Positions 12,782 to 25,765 of a DNA stretch of 64,000 nt are shown here, in pieces. Below the pieces are notes generated by a model. That model had not been told where the DNA came from. It worked only from the letters and a program-made list of their open reading frames with translations, and searched no databases. This DNA is from Chrysomallon squamiferum (lineage: Eukaryota > Animalia > Mollusca): positions 992,001-1,056,000 of the forward strand of contig CM022672.1 in NCBI GenBank assembly GCA_012295275.1. Reading direction: 5' to 3'. The position numbers and the translations under genes were made by a program. Positions within the stretch are counted from its first letter, which is position 1, and each line of letters begins with the position of its first letter.

Positions 12782-13151
12782 CTTTAACATAATAGACCTC
12801 GGACACATCAACCTGCTGTTTCAAACTTTTCAAAACGGAGTACAAATTCGAATCCCGATCGGCTTGGGACAGATCCGTAGTATTTTGGTCATAAGCTATC
12901 ACAGTCGTAATTTCACCTCGCTGCAAAGCTTGTCTTTTTTTCTCACAAGGCACTATATTTTCCAAAGCTACGAACCCCCCTGATCTACGTTTTAAAATTG
13001 GAGGGCAGTGTACGTTCGTAGCATTTTCAATATGAGACGTATTAAAGGATATAAAAGGTCGAGTGTCCAGTACGAGTACTTTTTCGTTGCCGTCGTGTGA
13101 ACGAAGTATGTCGATACTGCGCTCGGCACTAATACTCGATGTATTATCCAT
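12782..13151 (-). CDS. DUSP exon 1, rhodanese/MAPK-binding domain
   Basis: VLVLDTRPFISFNTSHIENATNV (CH2A) and kinase-interaction motif ILKRRS; donor G|GTAAGA. The four exons total 1146 nt = 381 aa. Confidence 0.95.
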
Positions 13152-13195
13152 GAAGCAGTTTGTTAGTAACTACCGTTCAAGTTCTTCTTGCTGTC

Positions 13196-13270
13196 GTACT
13201 GAATGAACAACAGCAGTTTGTGACTATTTATGAATGAAAATAAGGCCGTCGCGTTTCATTGGTAGGAAGT
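13196..13270 (-). promoter_or_regulatory. DUSP core promoter
   Basis: Minus strand: Inr TCAGT (A at 13200), TATA-like CATAAATAG at -32..-24, CCAAT at 13258-13262, ETS AGGAAGT at 13264-13270. TGACATCA (~13466) and a GC box (~13535) lie further upstream. Confidence 0.65.
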
Positions 13271-14253
13271 TAGCCCTCTCACGAATCACGAGGTTTCGTG
13301 TCCGAGACAAAATATAGTGCCTACACGTTATAGCTAATAACTAATAAATGAAATGCGATATAGTTTTAATTTATAATTTTATAACCCTTCCGAAAAGGTT
13401 TATTAATAAATTGGACATGTTTAATGTCAGAAGAGATATATTAACGTCTTGCATATCTCGGAATGTGACATCATATTCCCAAGAAACTTAAATGCCAAAT
13501 ATAGAAATTATCCACTCACAAAATCAATCTTAGCTCCGCCCACAATAAGCACAGACTTGCTTGTGATATGAAACAGTCATATGTTAAAATGATTTATACA
13601 AATTAAAATATAAATTAAATTAAATGAAAAAAGGTGATACGGATATTTTATAACCCATTCATTAGATAAAGTTGTTTTTTTATACCTCCATCTCTGTTTT
13701 TTCTCTCTGTCTATCCCATTCCCTTATTTCTTTTATTAATCTCTTCTTTTATTTTCTCTTATCTCTTTCTTTTTGTCACTCACTCACTCTGTCACTCTTT
13801 CTATCTCTTTCATTCTTTCATAATTTCTATTTCGTGTTTCATTCTTTCATAATTTCTATTTCGTCTTTCCTTCTTTCATTCTTTCCTTAAAACATTAAAA
13901 TTTCTAGATCTCTCATATACATCCAATCTCTTTTCTTTCATTCCTTCTTTTATTTTATTTATAACTTACTTATTTTCTTATACTAATTTCGTTTTTTTTT
14001 TTTCTTTCTATTTCGCATGATTTTCTCTTCTTTTTCTCTCTTTCCCTTTCTCTGCTGTCTCTCTACGTTCGTCCTGCCATTTCTTTCTTTATATGTGTGT
14101 TTGTAGTAGATAGATACGATTGAATGTATGCATATAACAACAACAACAACAACAACAATAATAATAACCACAACAGCAAAAATAATTACAGAAACAACAG
14201 ACACTGGTGAAAATGTTTTAATTATCAATGAAATTACATGTATTTAAATAAAT

Positions 14254-14256
<3 letters not shown>

Positions 14257-14313
<57 letters not shown>

Positions 14314-14358
14314 AAAATAAAATAAAATAAAATAATGAATAAATGAATAAATAAATAA
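14257..14358. repeat. (CA)n followed by (AAAAT)n and (AAAT)-type repeats
   Basis: Directly visible. Confidence 0.9.
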
Positions 14359-14653
14359 GCTTGCCTAACTTAACGGTTTACTAAGTTCCACGAGATACTA
14401 AGTCATATTAATTGTTAAAACAGTCTATTCTTTCCCACTGTGTAGGATGTGGACCTTTCACGAGTGTCAGGTTTCTAAGTTCAGTGCAGTAACTGACTGT
14501 GACGTTGTAATCGCTTTCTGATTGTGAAACCGCTCCACACGTTTGTCGCTGGAGGTAAGGTATATTTAAACTGTTCTTTTGTTACTTATGGAAACGAGCC
14601 TGTTTTCTGTTTCGTACCGAGGAAGGTAAACTGGAAAGTGAAAGGTAAACAAG

Positions 14654-14712
<59 letters not shown>

Positions 14713-16183
14713 GGAGAATAACAACAACAATAGCAGTAGTAGTAGCCATGGTAGCGCTGGAAGTAGTAGTAGTAGCAGTCATTGTTGTTTTGTTACAGTT
14801 GTTGTAACAGTAGTAACAGAAATAGTTGAGAGAATGAGAGAGAAAAACAAAGATTTTTTATTTATTTTTTTAGTGGTTTACTTAATATTCTGTCATTATT
14901 TAAATTATGTAATCACACACACACACACACACTAACATTCAGTAAGCGGCTTAGATTTTCTAAACCATAACATTGCATAACATCAATTTTCAAGCGACTA
15001 ATAATAGTATTATTAATAATAATAATAATAATATTGTACTAATAGTAGTAAAGTAGTAGCAGTAGTAGTAGTTGTAGTAATAGTAGTAGTAGTAGTAGTA
15101 GAAGAACAACAAAAAGAAGAAATACTAATAGTACTATTAATAGTAACCGTGATAATAATAACAATAATAAATTATTTTAAAATAACTGAACAAAATATAT
15201 ATATTTTTTAATATTTTCGGTGACCTTTAGCTTCTTTGTGTTCTCGTTGGTAAAACTGAAAGCAAACTTTCTTGAACAATAAATTTTCTTGCATAAGTAA
15301 GTTATAACTGAATGTCAGTGGCCTGAGTGGGCTAGATAATTCTCTGTGGCTGTTTACCAATCCCTCCAGATTATCAAAGGCCACTGTGTGGATTTTCCCT
15401 CACTATAGGAAGGTGTAAAGGATAAAAATTATTTTGCTGTGACAAACGAATAGCCTATAATATTGCGTTTGGAGATTCGGTTTGTCACAGAATCAGCTGT
15501 CTTGTTCTAATTGACGTATAATCTTTGATACAAGAATAGAAGGTCTTTAATATTATGTCTGTCTGATGAATAACCACTGATACAGTGTTAGCTGATTCTT
15601 TTTTTTTTTTTTTTTCCTTGTATCAAAGTAGACGCTTTGATTAACACCTAACTGCGCTTGATACTAAAATGTTGGAAGTTCTGCTTAAAAAATATTCATT
15701 GATAGATTTCATTTTGTTTCTTTCATAGATAAATGTTCTTTTTCATTTTCAGGGGTAAAAAAAAAAAATAGTAATAATAATAATAATACAAGCACAAAAC
15801 CAAAAAAAACATTAAATAAACAAACATGATTTACGGGAACAAAAGTTTCATCAACCGACATTTGTGTTTTTAATAGGTTTGTCGATCGAGAATGAAGTCT
15901 ATATCGCAGTGGGATGGGTTACCTACTTTATCTACCATACAAGGTGTTATTAGTCTGTTTGCCTAGACATTCTTTTGTTCACAGGATAAATAAAACACAC
16001 GAGACCGACTCACCGACCTGGTTTACATTTGTATCTATGTCAGCGGAGGGATACGAGCAAACATCAGTTTCAACGGCTGTGTATTTCACCGAGTAATCGC
16101 TTATGTAACGGCGTGTGTCATCATTACAACTGTACGAACCGACAGCTGTTGTAAGTTTTGACTGAATGACTAACTGAAACAGA

Positions 16184-16210
16184 AATTTAACATCACAATA
16201 TGTACTACTG

Positions 16211-16242
<32 letters not shown>

Positions 16243-16405
16243 ACACACCATAAATACATATATATATATATATATAGTGAGTGTGTGTGTGTGTGTGAGT
16301 AGTACATATTTTGCTGTTAAACTGCGATGAAACATTTTATCTGATTCCTTGGAAAACTGTCGTTACGGAAAATATGCTACGATATAACTAACAGTTTCAT
16401 TCGTA

Positions 16406-16497
<92 letters not shown>
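16184..16497. repeat. Microsatellite-cored foldback element, partial copy A (inverted relative to 27284-27673)
   Basis: ~115 bp unique core (about 16297-16410) is the exact reverse complement of about 27352-27465; the flanking (CA)/(TA)/(TG) and (GA)n tracts are also mirrored. Confidence 0.9.
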
Positions 16498-16502
<5 letters not shown>

Positions 16503-16999
16503 TGTTTTACACATATATCGGCTTCTTGTTTGTATTTGCTTTTAAGGTTACTAGTTAATGTTAATGTACTATTACTTCAACTAACAGTTCATACATACAT
16601 ACATACATACATACATTCTCACATACATCTCACACACATACACATACACAAACTGCGAGCTGTACTGACTTTCGATTAGCGACAAGGTAATGCGAGCTGG
16701 GACTTCTATATTCTAACAAAATATTTAAGTAATTTATATAAAAATTTATATTCATTACCAAACAGAAAATCTGGAAAAGAAAAAACGAAAAACACCAAAA
16801 ACTTTGTTACAATTAGATATTCGACAAAGTGGCAGCTCATTCCAGTGCATTTATATCTGAGTGTGTGTGTGTTTGCGTGTGTGTGTGTGTGTGTCTGTGT
16901 GTGTGTCTGTGTATTTATACCTATAAGCGAACACCACAGGTAAAGAAATCTTTTAAATAAATTACAAGAATCCTATGACAGATCAGCAGAAAACTGCTA

Positions 17000-17420
17000 A
17001 GGCGAGTGAGAACTGTTTCGGAATACTAGGACACAGCACGGATTACGATACTGGCTGTTTACGCGAACTGAGGCGAATCTGTCACTGTTTTTCAGACGTA
17101 ATGACAGGTCAGTTTGTTTCATTCATGCCCCGCTTGACACTCGCACGATAATACATGTCAACCATTGTCGCTTTCGCAAGCTAGTGCACCGGAAACATTC
17201 AACATCCCATTGTTTTACTATAGGTAATGTGACTGATGCCGTTTCCCAAAAGTGTCGTACGTTTAACTGACAACTTCCGGATGTAAGTGCGTTGTCGCCG
17301 CCCACGCAACCGCAACAACCATCATCACCCCGTCTCCAACGTTTCCGCCCCCACACTGTCCGCACCCTCTAACCTTCCCCCGGCGGTTAGCAAGAAATGT
17401 ACCGCTTACCCTCAGACCAT
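17000..17420. promoter_or_regulatory. Enhancer-like CpG-rich cluster
   Basis: Overlapping double ETS site ACTTCCGGATGT (17273-17284), ACCGGAAA (17188), GC boxes, several TGAC half-sites. Confidence 0.45.
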
Positions 17421-17424
17421 CTAA

Positions 17425-17425
<1 letters not shown>

Positions 17426-17462
<37 letters not shown>

Positions 17463-17720
17463 TGTTGCAGTAATAGTAATGGCAGTAGCAGCAGTGAAGA
17501 TAGTAGCAGTTGTTGTAGTAGTAGTAGTAATAGTAATAATACATTAATAGTTGTTTTATTGTAGTGGAAGTACTTCAAGTCCTAATCCTAATAATAGTAG
17601 TTCTGGTAATAGTGGCAGTAGCATAATAGCAGTCGTAGTAATAGTAATTGTGTGGCAGTAGTAGTTGTTGTGATTGAAGAAACAACGCAGCAGACGTAGT
17701 AACAGTAATAGCCGTAGTAG
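17426..17720. repeat. (TAA)n/(TAG)n trinucleotide low-complexity tract
   Basis: Directly visible; source of spurious poly-Y/poly-L ORFs. Confidence 0.9.
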
Positions 17721-18121
17721 AAGAAGAGGAATTAGAAAATAAAGAAGCATGGTAAGAAGAACTATGTGATATATTCGTTTTTGACTCGTGTTTAATTACG
17801 TCTTTAGCAGCACATTTGAATGTGAACAGACGTCACTCGTTCAAGTACTAACTAATGATGAGACCTGATGTTGGCGTAGTGGGTAATCATCTTTATCCGA
17901 TTACAACTGCATCTGGCTGTCGTCATGATCGTCATTCTTCTTCTTCTTCTTACTGTTATTGTTGTTGTTGTTGTTGTTGCTGCTGCTGCTGGTGTTATTA
18001 ATATTGTTAGTATCATCACCTTTATATTTTTTGAATGTCGTTAAACATTCATTCATTCAACATTCATTATTATCATCATCATTGTTGTTGCTGTTGTTGT
18101 CATTGTTATTATCATCATCAT

Positions 18122-18153
<32 letters not shown>

Positions 18154-19117
18154 TTATTATTATTATTACTGTTATTATATTTGTTGTCGTTGTTGTTGTT
18201 AATAAGATCATATAATTATTATATCTTAAACGTCTTTTTTTTTTTTTTTATCACTGACCTCTTATCTAGAATTTTGTTTCTGGAACAGGAAATTTATTTG
18301 ACAGAAAGTTTTAGAACATATTTAAAGCTAAAAATATCTTCATACCGAGTCAGGAAGAAATGTTTGATTCTGATAAGGTCCTATTAATCATGTTCTATAG
18401 TAAATATACATGTCATAAAAGGAAAGTCATTTACATTTAGTAAACTGAACAAATCCACGTTTAAACCTCGTTATACGTGACAGAAAGAAACACATACAAA
18501 CGTGTAGAGATTAATATATGTAGAACGAGGAATGAATCATAAACAAAAAGAGAAACAGCTGGAATGGGGAAAAAAAGGGGTGTAGTCAGATGATTAGTGT
18601 ACTTTAAAGGTTCTAGTGTGTATTTCCTTTGTGCGGAAAAGTGTGTATAACAGAAGAACCATGCTTACTGTCAAGCATCATCGGGTCTTAAAATAAAACT
18701 TTAAAGTTATGTGACAATTAGGGTGCTCATCATCCTTTCCTGAAATCATAGACCAAGTCCCGAGTGCAGACATCTTATATTTCCTCTCGTGCGTTGTCAT
18801 TAGAATATCTTTTAATATTAAATTACAGATAATATGAAGAATATGTGCTGCCTTGTCATGAAATATTTTATTTCTTTATCTAAATACTATGTTGTCATTT
18901 TTTATTTTTTTTATTTTTCATTTTTTTTTTTTTCCAGGATTAGACTAGTTGCAATATTTTCTGAATATCTGGGAAGAAATGCGTTTCGACATTCACGAAA
19001 CGTTTAGATACATTTTATCATCAGCCCTAAACTGATTGTGTATTAAGGGACAATATATATGTCTTTCTTTCAGCAAACACGTCGTCACACAGTTTTGTGA
19101 CGTTTTTTTAATTAAGT

Positions 19118-19246
19118 AACTTATGCAATATAGAATATTTCCTGAAAATACTACACTAGGAAACTTATATAATATAGAATATTTCCTGAATACTAAACTG
19201 GAAATTTATATAATATAGAATATTTCCTGAATACTAAACTGGAAGC
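19118..19246. repeat. Minisatellite, three ~41-43 bp units
   Basis: AA(C/T)TTAT..AATATAGAATATTTCCTGAA(AA)TACTA(C/A)ACT(A)GG repeated three times. Confidence 0.9.
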
Positions 19247-19379
19247 TTGGTCAGATTATTCAAGGAACACTCTCGGTAAATCTTCCTTCTCCAAAAAAAA
19301 AGATATTTACGGAACAGCTACCTGGAACAGGAAATAGAATAAATCGTTTATAAACAACACCCATGTTGACAATGCTGTT

Positions 19380-19680
19380 GAATTTCGTCATGCATCGCCC
19401 ACACATCAGATGATTCACGTGTTACCTTTATTCACTGAGGCGTGAAGAAATACTGAGCATTACACAAAACAAATTAATATTTTAATAAGATTATTAACAT
19501 TGTACAACACGAAGAACTATAAATAAACCATGACGTCACCGAGTGTCTGGCTGTCACTGGCAGCATCTGGGGACTTGTGTCAGCTGTCTTTAATGTAATT
19601 ATGTTATGAATGTTACGTATGAATGTTGGTAGAAAAATGCTTCGTCATTCAGTCACTGAGGAAAATCACACTGTTGAGAT
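19380..19680. promoter_or_regulatory. Enhancer-like cluster with full CRE
   Basis: TGACGTCA at 19531-19538, CACGTG, several CGTCA half-sites. Confidence 0.4.
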
Positions 19681-20148
19681 TTCATGGTATGATTGGTAAT
19701 ACAAAGTGAATGTCGTACACTTTCATTTGTTGTTTTTGTTAGTTACTAAACGTCAGTCTTTGTTAATAATAAAGTTTAATGCTATAAAATAGCTGATTTT
19801 TTTTCCTGACTTCGTTATTGTGTTAATGTGATGCGTACTATAATTGTAATGAAAAATTGTAATAATAACAACAGCAACAACAACAGTTATTTTCTTAAAT
19901 AATGGAAGTCTTGTTAATTAATTAGAAATTAAATATAATTTTCGTACTATCCTTCCTACGTGAAAAGCCCCGACCCTTTATCATCATCATTTTCATTACA
20001 CTCTAGTATACAGCATAGCATGAACATTATTAACATGAGAAAACGAGAGAAAAAAAATATCTCTTTTCCTTGCGAGCTATTTTATAAACATTAAACTGAA
20101 TTATTAACATACACTGTCTTTACATCTATATAAAATAATATTAACAAC

Positions 20149-20185
<37 letters not shown>

Positions 20186-20706
20186 GATACATAAACTAAC
20201 TCGGCTGTTCCAATATTTACGTTGCAAACAAAACTAATTATACCATGTGAATAGTACAATTACACTCATTACTTAATCAGTGTGGACATAACTGCGTAAA
20301 AACAAAATTTCCAAGACCATATGTAAGCCTGTTTCTGTGAAAAAAGACACTGCACTGACCTTTTGCCCAGGAACCCATGCAACAAATCGATCGTATAAGT
20401 ATTATTCCGAAAATAGAGACACGTCATCGCTATTAATAAATTATGTGGTGTATTTGTATGGAATACAATAACAGTAATGGTACTTATAACAAGGAAAATA
20501 GCAGTCACGAACTGCGTAATCTGGTGGATGTTTTAGTTTGGATTTTGCTTTTCTGTATGAATATGTTCTTACGGGGAAAGTTTTAAGGATGTGATGGTGA
20601 AGTGTTTATTTATATCACACACACACACACAAAATAAAATTAACAAAAAAATTAATGTTTCCTTCTGTTTCTTTCTTCTTCTTCGTCTTATTATTATTAT
20701 TATTAT

Positions 20707-20746
<40 letters not shown>

Positions 20747-22059
20747 CGTAGCAGTAGTAGTAGTAGGAGTCGTATTAGTTTTAAAATTTAAAGAAACAAT
20801 ATTTAAACACTATTTAATTTGATAACTACTACACATTAAACGATAAAAAAAAAATTTTAAATGTATTTAAAAAATTATGAATAAATTATTGTTTCCGTAA
20901 TCTCTGCCAGCGAAATATAACCAGGAGCTTGCTCTTGTTTTTAAATTTAGATTTCAGAACTGGAGGAGACAGGCAATATTAAATATAGTATATTACAGTG
21001 GTGCGGAGACAACGTAACCGATGCCAGTTGTTTGTGTTACTTTTGAAAACTTCTGAAATCATTTTAGCTCTTTTGTGCGCCTCACTGATACACATGTGGA
21101 AGGATACAGACTGCCTGGTCTGAAGAGCAAAAATATTAAACGTTTTTCAGTGCTTTATACCAAAATTTGCTACGTTATATTAAACTGAGCCAAACGCATT
21201 GCACTTACAAATAAATATTCCCGATATACTGACGTAATAACAATCTAAACATCGTAATCATTATGGGATGTATCCATCAACACTAATATATCTTTGAATA
21301 CACGTATGGGCCTGAATATAATCCTCTGCTGGAGAGACAAAAGTTGAAAAAAAGAAAACAGATATAAAGAACGTTTTAAAATTAAAATATTACCAAAGGA
21401 CGAACTTTCTTAAGTTCTGTACGTTCTAAGATAAGGTGTGTTTTCACTCTAAAATGCATTATTGCAGACCCCAGTTTAATTTGCGCAATAGTATTGTATA
21501 ACTTCAACGTGGACCCGAAGTTTACTGAATTTGAAGTAATAGGCTTCACAGATAATGGTGTGTATTTATTCAAAATAAGCTAGGTAAAGTTCACGAAGTG
21601 TCTAAAGATAGATTACGTGGGCTTGTTTATGAGTTAGTGAGTTAAACGAGCTAAGTCTGACCTTGAGATCAAACAGTAACAGTTCGTTAAACACGTGTAT
21701 TCATATAGATATATAGTATAGATATATCTACATGTAAGACGTGTACATGCATTTTATACAGACACACATGCACACACACACAGATACAAACATACAAACA
21801 TACATACACACCTGTACGTACATACAGTGCAGGTCCACACATAGTAAACAAACTAACTCATTTTGGTGACGAATTTCACAGTTTCGTATTAATCAGCTAA
21901 AAACATGACTGTATGATAATAGATTATAGACCGATTGAGAAAACACCCTGTGTTTACAGTGTGAGCCACTGTTTCCGATCGTACAGAGAGTTTACTTGTG
22001 TCTTCCCCATAAACAGTAAAACACTTACAAAGACCTTTTTGTTACTGTTGAACCAACTA

Positions 22060-22198
22060 ACTGACCGGAAAGGGAAATAGCCGAGAGGGCGCACCGAGAA
22101 TGACTGGCAGTGACACAGCGACAATGCGTTCTTTTCATGTGACGTCACACTAGTTGTTTGTTTGTTTTTCCCAGTCCTCAAATCCGTCATAGTTTGTT

Positions 22199-22231
<33 letters not shown>

Positions 22232-22385
22232 TTAATATAAAATAAAATAATGTTTAGACACACACACATTATCTCTCTCTCTCGTCACTGACTAGTAAAC
22301 AAAGTGGTCGCAGCGCATTGCAAGTTGGGATCGTTTAGATCAGTAACGTCAGTTATACGTCACATCCAATAAACGAAATACACGT
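22060..22385. promoter_or_regulatory. Enhancer-like cluster (ETS + CRE + forkhead)
   Basis: ACCGGAAA at 22064, TGACGTCA at 22140-22147, two further ACGTCA, GTAAACA, CCAAT. Confidence 0.45.
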
Positions 22386-22386
22386 A

Positions 22387-22452
22387 GGCGCGGTAATAGA
22401 GTAGTTAAGCATGCGTCTGCAAACTGCAAGGCTGTGGGTTCGGCTCCGTCCT
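22387..22452 (+). mobile_element. Degenerate tRNA-derived SINE head / tRNA pseudogene
   Basis: GGCGCGGTAATAGAGTAGTTAAGC (A-box/D-arm-like) and GTGGGTTCGGCTCC (B-box/T-arm-like) at tRNA spacing. The cloverleaf is not intact. Confidence 0.45.
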
Positions 22453-23716
22453 AGAGCAATTTACTGGGTTATGAAAACGTTGTTCTTTCTCTTCTTTCTA
22501 ATAAAATATTTTGACATATGACATTCTTATTTATAGATGATTAATCCTCAGAGGTTTGATTGATGCTGGTGTCATCAAGTATTGCATGTCCACGACAGAC
22601 CAGCTTGAACCGCTAATGAAAGAAAAGACGTTCACGATTTCTGATTCATTAAAATAAACATACATCATTTGTATACATTTGAATATCAGTATTCGATTAA
22701 GGCAAAATTAGATATTTAAAATACTATTACCAGTACTACTACTACTAAATTACTACTATTACTACTACTACTATTGCTATTGTTGCTGCTGCTGTCACTA
22801 CTACTACTACTAATAATATCGGTATTACAGCTATTACTGCTCTCAGCGACTATGCTCTCCTATTGCTACTACTACTGCCTCAACTACTGTGCTGCTACTA
22901 CTGCTACAAGAATAATAACAATAAAAAATAAGGATTAAGAAAGTAACTATAATAATAATAATAAAAATGACGACAACAACAAAATAATAGTAATAATAAT
23001 AATAATAATAGTGATGATGATAATGGATGACTCAAAAAAAAAATAACGCTATTTAGTAAGCAACAAAACTGTGTTAAATATTTAAGGAAAGTCAAGGTTA
23101 AGGTTACTAATAATATTTGTTTTAACCTCTAATAATATTGTGTAAACACATACAATTCTTTTCTTCTTCTTTTTCTTCTTTTTTTTTTAACCCTTTTTTT
23201 AAATAACTGACATTACTATAAAATATTACTTCCTTCTTTATCTAGAGTAACGTTTTTACAAAAAAAAAAAAAAAAAAAAATCATCGATAATACATTTCAA
23301 AAAAATAGTAAAATATACCTAACTGTACTTTAAGGAAACAGATGAACTGCACACATATATGTACATGCGTGCACATTTTTGTATGTATATTTGTGTGTAT
23401 ATTTGTATTGTATTGTATTGTATATATGTATGTATGTTTGTATGTATGTGTGTTTGTGTGTATATCTGTATGAGTATGTGTGTTATTTATATTTCGCACC
23501 TTATTTTATATTTTCAAATAAAATATTTCAAAATATAAAACTGTATGAAACAGTTACAACGAGCAAATGTGCTACTGTATTCTTATCGATATATACGCTT
23601 TCTACGTATGTTAAAACTGCTTACGATTTTTTTTTTTTAAACTTTACGTATATTCATACCGATATCGAATATTAACGTTGTATCCGTTTTGTAAACCAGA
23701 TTTTCAGAAAAAAAAC

Positions 23717-23751
<35 letters not shown>

Positions 23752-24377
23752 CTTACTTACTTTTTATTTTTAATGTACTTTCACTTACAAAATAAACACC
23801 AGTATTATTATTTAACTTTCAATTTAATGTAATACTGATTTTTTGAAACACAATATAACTGTCAAATTTAAAGTATCTGACGTTATCATTTAAATTAGAT
23901 ATCAGTAGTTAGTCATTTTACTGTAAACAACAGCATGGGAGATAATTCTTTTTACATTCTGACGTTATCATTAAAAAAACCAAGCGATCTAGATTACTCA
24001 TTATGCGTAACCGTCTGCTCGATTATAAGCTGGAGGTAACTCTTTTCATCATACTGAAAAACATGGGGAAATAACCAATACATAAATATACCTAAAAGAC
24101 TGAGTTGTGATAATTCTCAAGCAGATGTAAGTATCGGCTAGTATTTATAGACAGGCTTGGCATCTTCAAGAGGTATTGACTGGGATTTTTCCAAGCGCAC
24201 ACCCTGGATTTTACAGAGGGAGTAACTATATTAAAAAAAGATAATTTTACAATGGGAAATGAAAAAGCCCGTAAGAGATGGATTTAAGTTGTTTGTATTT
24301 GTTATAGTGGTGGTGATGTTGGTGGTAATAGTACTAATAATAGTACATCTAATAGTAATAGTTATAGTAGTAATAGA

Positions 24378-24434
<57 letters not shown>

Positions 24435-24654
24435 TCACATGGCATCGAGTAATATAAATTTTTAAAAATATTCATATATTTTTAATTATAAATTCCATAT
24501 TGAAGAAAAGGGTAATGATTTTTTTTTAAAAAGAAGAAATTAAAATAAAATAAAAATAAACTAACACGATTATTCACATGGGGTGTTTTTTTTTTTTTTG
24601 TTGTTCGTTTTAATTTTTATTTATTTATTTTCTTAACAGCTTTTCTTTTATAGC

Positions 24655-24900
24655 AGAACGGGAGCTGCACGCGTACGCACATACGTATATTGTGTGTGCT
24701 AGCTGAACTCAGGTGTCAGGCGTCACGTGATGACCCGGCTGGCCGGCGCGGAGTTCTCGAAGCACTCAGGGAGCAGACGGCTAGATATCGATCGGTCTGG
24801 GTATCGTGTACTGCAGCCTGTTATCACCGACATTGTGAGTCATTACCGAGTAACATAGCTGTCGGCATTTACCTGTCCGCTGCTATGCACCGGTGATTTA
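24655..24900. promoter_or_regulatory. GC/CpG-rich island, promoter- or enhancer-like
   Basis: Very GC-rich for a noncoding stretch; TCACGTGA (24723-24730), TGAGTCA (24836-24842), TATCGAT, GCACGCGTACGCAC. Confidence 0.5.
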
Positions 24901-25676
24901 TATATGGCTTCTTTATTTATTTATTTATTTTTATTTTTTTTAATTTTTTTCTTCTTTCTTCTTTTCAAATGTTTGTGAAATAGGCCGGTTCAGAAAGGTT
25001 ATGTTGACTGATTAAGGGTGAGATAGGGAAGGGTGTCATGTATTAAGTTTAATTACAGCTTTCAAGGCAACATATGTCGATTTATTTATTACCTACCTAC
25101 GGTCAGAAGGTAATTTAATGTAAGTTTATGTGAATCGGGCACGTGTCTGAAAGAATGCGATCATGTATGTGTGTTTGTTTGTGTGTATGTACGTGCTTGT
25201 GAGTACATGTCTGTGTTTGTATATATAGGTGTGGAAAGAAAGTATTTTATTAATTATAGTTTCAGTTTAATGTTCAAATTGACTATGTGTACGTAAAGTA
25301 TTTTAAATTAAGCACATCAGAATTTGCAGGAGTTACACATATTCGGTTCTGAGAATGTGTTATAAGCAAAGCAGATGTCTGTGCACATATTTTTACAATG
25401 CAGTGAGTCACCTAATAATCCATGTGTCACCTGATCAATAATATGAATATTGATGATCCATTAACATAATTATTAAAAACCATATAATAATTAATAATGA
25501 AATACAATGACAATAAAATCAGGAATTTAAATTTAACTTTTGCATAATATCATGGGTGATGATATATATGTAGTAAACTTTGATTTTATTTTTTTTATCT
25601 CAGTTTTGAAAACGTATATTTAAAATATAGAGAATATAAACTGTTTAACAATGCTATGAAATATATTTGATAGAAT

Positions 25677-25678
<2 letters not shown>

Positions 25679-25763
<85 letters not shown>
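25679..25763. repeat. (GA)n microsatellite
   Basis: Directly visible. Confidence 0.95.

Positions 25764-25765
<2 letters not shown>

Noticed and set aside
17123-18387. Poly-Y, poly-L and poly-C ORFs in the ORF track
   Set aside because: Translations of (TAA)n/(TAG)n/(TTG)n microsatellites; no splice or homology support.
19118-19246. CRISPR-like repeat array
   Set aside because: Contiguous tandem units without unique spacers, eukaryotic context, no cas genes.
22387-22452. Functional tRNA gene
   Set aside because: A and B boxes are mutated and the acceptor/anticodon stems do not pair.
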